64,000 nt of DNA from Ophelia neglecta (lineage: Eukaryota), in NCBI GenBank assembly GCA_965285935.1, contig OZ260666.1, positions 43,152,001 to 43,216,000 on the forward strand. Reading direction: 5' to 3'. The position numbers were made by a program, and so were the translations under genes. Positions 62,936 through 64,000 of this stretch are shown here, in pieces. The notes beneath the pieces are model-generated. The model saw only the letters and a program-made list of their open reading frames with translations, was not told where the DNA came from and did no database searches. Position 1 is the stretch's first letter; every line of letters starts with the position of its first letter.

Positions 62936-64000
62936 ATGGCCAAGGTATCCGAAGCTGCGGTAGTGAATGAGCTAAAATGGGAGAAACTGCCTAAGACAGT
63001 GTACAACGAGGAGGAAGGTAAGCTGACTGTCTACCTCCCTGGGTTCACATACAGCGATGTCGATAAGACAGGTAAGTAGTATGTTTATTATCGCAATAAC
63101 TAATATTGATTAATCATTGCCCGCCTAGGCTATTGATTATAGGATATAGGTTGATCTATTAAGTGAGCTTAACAGAAAGAATTATCATTTATTATGATTT
63201 TTGTTTATGCTGACTAGTGACTAGTACAAAAGTATAAGCTCAAATATTTAAGGATCTAAATTGATTATTATACATAATTTTGCCTTCAATAAAAATGTTG
63301 TAAGATAAGACTATTGGAATGTTGTTTTTAACTGTTTGTAAAACTTATATGTTTACCTTGTTTTCATATAATGTAATAGGCATGTTTATTTAAAAATGGT
63401 TACAAGTATCAAAAAAAGTTATGTAGCAATTAAATGAAATATTCATATTTTCATCCAGGTAACCTGACGCTGTGGTCTGCAGCCAGTTATGCCGAAGCCG
63501 GAAGAGCACAGATTTTCTTTGACCCAAAACTACCATTTTGTGAAACATTTCTCAAAGGCTATTTTTATATGGCGTCCGCTATGTACGAATTCACGCCACA
63601 TTTCTATGATAAAGCATGCAGATACAACCCGCTAAGTGATGAAGTCAATGTTACCAATATTGGAAGAAGTTCATATACGCAATATGATAAGATCAGGTCG
63701 ATAGTTACAGGGGAAATGTTATTTACCTCCACTGTTGTTCTTGTACATGTTGACAAAACATCACGAAAACCTTCCAGTCTACCTCCATCGTTCAAGGAGA
63801 GGTTTGGAGCGAAGGTTCTTTCCTTGTCAGGCGATAAAATACAGAGGATCGATAGACCGACACGGACACACATCGTTCAATACCAAATTCAATGGAGCGA
63901 TTGTGACTTCTTCCGACATTCCAATCAGTCCTCTTACGTCCGTTATTGCTACAACGCCGCCGAGACCCTAGTGAGGCTAAACGTATTTAAAAACATCCAA
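62936..64000 (+). CDS. Double-hotdog thioesterase-like protein, paralogue D (3' end beyond the window)
   Basis: Exons 62936-63071 (CAG|GTAAGT) and 63459->64000, open to the window end and highly similar to paralogue C; motifs NIGRSS and IQWSDCDFFRHSNQSSYVRYC. Confidence 0.85.

Overview
Eukaryotic (animal) genomic DNA with AT-rich introns. A marine invertebrate, possibly lophotrochozoan, is inferred from the repeat types and gene families. (1) 1.7-35.5 kb, + strand: central and 3' part of a tensin gene. I assembled 21 GT-AG exons into one frame (4391 nt) ending in SH2 and PTB domains. I also found candidate isoform-making exons: two internal ATG exons, four phase-1 cassette exons adding 250 aa between SH2 and PTB, and a 24-nt exon that duplicates a PTB strand. 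(2) 40.6-51.2 kb, - strand: two tandem 7-exon paralogues encoding signal peptide / D8C (UMOD-GP2-OIT3 type) / Pro-Thr stalk / 21-Cys CPxC-repeat region / TM helix / short tail, with no ZP domain. (3) 57.9-64 kb, + strand: two tandem double-hotdog thioesterase-like paralogues, duplicated together with an upstream retrotransposon gag-like remnant. Introns and spacers hold minisatellites, MITEs, a perfect 86-bp palindrome and a minimal hammerhead-ribozyme motif. All splice models were read by eye and have no transcript support.
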